Source of the DNA: Piromyces finnis finn
Lineage: Eukaryota > Fungi > Neocallimastigomycota
Assembly (NCBI GenBank): GCA_002104945.1
Contig: MCFH01000049.1
Coordinates: 310,001-374,000, forward strand
DNA length: 64,000 nt
Reading direction: 5' to 3'
The notes beneath the pieces are model-generated. The model saw only the letters and a list, made by a program, of their open reading frames with translations, had not been told where the DNA came from and did no database searches. This document shows, piece after piece, positions 61,701-64,000 of this stretch (position 1 is the first letter of the stretch; each line of letters begins with the position of its first letter). A program made the translations under genes and the position numbers.

Positions 61701-64000
61701 AATGAAGATATTCTTGCTTCCTAAATTCATTACATCTTTTGTGGATGTAATCAATGAGTTTACGGTAGATTTTAATTCTTTTAATAAATTCATCTATATC
61801 ATAAATTCTTTCTTTTTTAAATCTCTTATACAACTTCATTTTGATTTTTTGAAGATTAAAAATTTGTTGTGAAATATGAAATGAAGACTTTATAACATTA
61901 TTTGCTGAGGTAATACTGAGCTCGTCTGCAATTGAAAAAGCAGTTGAAGTAAACTCTTTGGAAAGTTCATCTGTAGAAACATTAGGATCGCTGGATTTTG
62001 CTGAAAGTATTTGGAATTTATTATGACTGAGAATAGATTCCTTTTCCTCAATACATTTTAATCTATTCCATTTCAGAATTTTCTTAGGAACATTAAAGTC
62101 ATTAGAAAAATCTTCCATAGGAATAATTTTACCATTAATAAGAAGTGGCTTATGGTCTGATACAGGATAAAAATTATTTATAAATGATCCTGAGTGAATA
62201 AGATCTTTCATCTTCGAATTGATAAGAGCATGGTCAATGTCGGAAGATTGATCACCTCGAGTCCAAGAGATAGTAGACCCTCTAAGCGGAAGAATTTCCC
62301 AATCTCCTAATCCATTAGTTGATAACCAGTTGGATAATTTTACTTTAGACATATTAAAATCACCAACAAGAATCGATGGATGGGATGAATGAGTTTGTAA
62401 CCACAAGCGAACTTCTAACTTTGCATGATCAACATAGATGTTGTGATGACTATGAGGCATATAAACATTACCAATCGAGCATTTGAATCTATTCCAGAGA
62501 CTAAAAGTATAAATAGAAATAATATACTTTCCAGAGAAGTTTTCAAGTGAGGCTTGACATGAATTGTGAAAACCTAAATATAAACCTCTCATTCCCGGAA
62601 CTGATTCGTCAGCTTTCTTGAAAAAGTGTCTATAGTTTCGCAAAGTAACACGACAAGGATAATCTGTATTCGATCCAGAACCATTACCAGTTTCTTGGAA
62701 ACATAAAAATAATGGTTTGAAAATAGCTGTGAAATAGCTAATACTATCTCTCTTTTCGTGATTCCACCCATTGGTGTTCCAACTAAGACAAAAAGAAAAG
62801 TTATCAGGCTTGTTGGATGAGGAAGAATCGTTGCTATTATTATTATTATTAAAGTCATCGTTATTAATGGATGATGCATCAGAGGAATAAGTAGAACTAT
62901 TACTAGATGGCTGTGAAACTGAAGAACTATCAACTATTGAACTGTTATCAGAGTTGATAGAGCTATTAGAATTAATTGTTGAATGTTGAGATTGAAATTG
63001 TGTTTGCTGTAGATCTGGAATATTTTCATGATTGGAAACTTGTTGAAGATCTTGTTGAAGATCTAGTTGAAGATCGGATTGTTGATGAGATTGTTGAACT
63101 GATTGTTGAAATGATTGTTGAATAGAATGTTGATGTTTATTAGAAACTAAAATTTTACGTTTGAGAGTGGAAAAAGTGTATTTGTGATTCCTTCTACTAC
63201 GAGCTGAAAAGGAAATTGAGGTAACTGAAAGTTTCTTCTTTAACATGTGTAAGATTTTAATACAATCTTTCGATGAACCATGAACCTTGACTAAGAAAAA
63301 GTGATCATTGAAAGTCTGAAAATATTTAACACTAATAACTGAATTAAATTTATCTTCTAGAATAACCTCGAGTTTTTCCCATAGCATATTTACTGACCAT
63401 GATCGAATACCACGGATAAAGAAGGAGCGAATATCATCTAAGGGGATACCATAAGACCGGGTACCACGTCTGATATAATTCTTATCTTTAATATAAAGGA
63501 CTGACATGATAATAAATTCTAATTAAAAAATATTGAATATAAAATAAATACTAATAAAAATTACAAATATAACGTATATGGAAAAAAATCTGTCTCTCTC
63601 TCTCTTCTTAAAAGTACTGGATAGAACAAAAATTGTTACGATGCTTTGTTTAAAGTTTCTTTTTTTGAATTCTAGTTGTAAATTTTCTTTAAAAATTCTA
63701 GTTTTGGTTTGTTGTTAGTAAATTCGATTCGCTTTTTGACACTAAAATTGTTTGACTTTACTTTTCATTAAATATTTAAATTGGTAAAAAATTTGAATCA
63801 AGAATGTCGACACCAGAAAGCTTGTGAATAGTATTTTTACATGATGTAGAGTGAATCAGTCTCTTACAAGAAACAATACAACAATAGCTACATGAATATA
63901 AAAATACAATGCAAATGCTAAAGTTGACTACATTGGATTCTTACAAGAGAAGAGTAGTACTACATGAATACATGAATAAAAGAAAAAATACAGCAACAAA
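58707..64000 (-). mobile_element. Second LINE copy with intact ORF, reverse orientation, 5' end beyond the window
   Basis: 36-nt poly(T) at 58707-58742, 3' UTR, intact ORF, and a 5' UTR matching the + copy up to the window edge. Confidence 0.96.
58984..63507 (-). CDS. LINE APE-RT-CCHC polyprotein (1507 aa)
   Basis: Near-identical to 23325-27851 with all motifs intact. Confidence 0.97.
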   Translation of the reverse strand: MSVLYIKDKNYIRRGTRSYGIPLDDIRSFFIRGIRSWSVNMLWEKLEVILEDKFNSVISVKYFQTFNDHFFLVKVHGSSKDCIKILHMLKKKLSVTSISFSARSRRNHKYTFSTLKRKILVSNKHQHSIQQSFQQSVQQSHQQSDLQLDLQQDLQQVSNHENIPDLQQTQFQSQHSTINSNSSINSDNSSIVDSSSVSQPSSNSSTYSSDASSINNDDFNNNNNSNDSSSSNKPDNFSFCLSWNTNGWNHEKRDSISYFTAIFKPLFLCFQETGNGSGSNTDYPCRVTLRNYRHFFKKADESVPGMRGLYLGFHNSCQASLENFSGKYIISIYTFSLWNRFKCSIGNVYMPHSHHNIYVDHAKLEVRLWLQTHSSHPSILVGDFNMSKVKLSNWLSTNGLGDWEILPLRGSTISWTRGDQSSDIDHALINSKMKDLIHSGSFINNFYPVSDHKPLLINGKIIPMEDFSNDFNVPKKILKWNRLKCIEEKESILSHNKFQILSAKSSDPNVSTDELSKEFTSTAFSIADELSITSANNVIKSSFHISQQIFNLQKIKMKLYKRFKKERIYDIDEFIKRIKIYRKLIDYIHKRCNEFRKQEYLHWIKTGCEYMKSHNPKKAWKWIKKTAKIGKDSFFIAQPIKNKNGELVVATEEQLDVWHDHFENLASDPNGVSLDLEHWYEEPTNKRFSLPMLDEWDINQDISIDEVKSAILTTPNYKASGPDGIPIEFYKALVPSSNDSNNATDNNSSGNTTSDNDAHGLNFILKLFNRIWDGDFPNSWNESSIVSIPKKGDLTDCDNYRGISLINNGIKLISKIVTTRISEYGLKNNFIRPEQFGFRKKEESISLFISIQEICRRRQLDNTETYLAFLDLRKAYDSVPIGNILHKLDCLGIRGKSLQFIKNLYLTSKANVKLDGQFSKSFDVKKGVRQGCPLSPILFNLFINDIFRECEDLGVSLGDTRCCGGLFADDIVICAPTRGCLKKMLRRVNEWALYNEMEFGIQKCSTMVIRPESIENQNKRDPTFYLAGQPIPTTDCYTYLGVPFDKNLSLKPVIKALNNKVLKGLFSVSKFLRNPNIPIPFKKLVLNSQVISRVSYFAPLLGSNKARSRIAQKHVNKGIRWVAGVHKAVSFISLYSISKDLNIPPLSAKCALAQVRCFNKWKNSNCIISHLVNYIPKFRKYTWCKSSRTLDKKLKKHGDVKAVKNFYWKDLKGNSIKAQYYDDNKFIETKDFIKLCYEYPEFAYGFYWLLKARSGYKLDARVAKAAKFVDPVCPNYCPCCKCGVQSIKHWLLDCPTFRDIRIKHYDSIVQLLNFFSQRNSNSPINNNENVNISRDSNNINSNSNNSSNNNSNSNNSNSNNSNNNNNRNNNISNDSNSEDNNSNLDSNLVNDSNSSNNPVNINVYDYSSVYSKIFKFLLGGRSFNNINYNSREWKELCKRQIQSDTNEGTPFLTVTAELLTKIMPFAIGQQWTMFKRFEATSKSVNAEETVRQARRASATNGDHNFVP

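Overview
Extremely AT-rich (roughly 80% by eye), intron-containing eukaryotic DNA. Composition, gene content and short GT-AG introns point to an anaerobic gut fungus (Neocallimastigomycota); this is inference, not a database hit. From left to right: (1) 1-6.1 kb, two divergently oriented Ty3/Gypsy gag-pol elements. The + copy is interrupted by TG...CA solo-LTR-like insertions, two of which keep perfect 5-bp target-site duplications (TSDs). (2) 7.8-10.6 kb, degraded LINE pieces and a frameshifted orphan gene with a nearby paralogous fragment. (3) 12.6-20.4 kb, a tandem trio of intronless, leaderless genes, each fusing an N-terminal CBM5/12 chitin-binding module to a C-terminal DM9 (DUF3421) lectin domain through very different low-complexity linkers. 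This is the best candidate for an undescribed system. (4) 21.1-30.9 kb, a head-to-tail nest of three copies of one single-ORF APE-RT LINE, resolved by 13-bp TSDs. (5) 34-58 kb, host genes: a secreted two-repeat orphan protein, M1 aminopeptidase, ornithine carbamoyltransferase, a TPR protein with a C-terminal TM helix, an inositol polyphosphate 5-phosphatase and PP5. (6) 58.7-64 kb, a second LINE copy with an intact ORF on the minus strand, running off the window. All comparisons and motif calls were made by eye, with no searches run.
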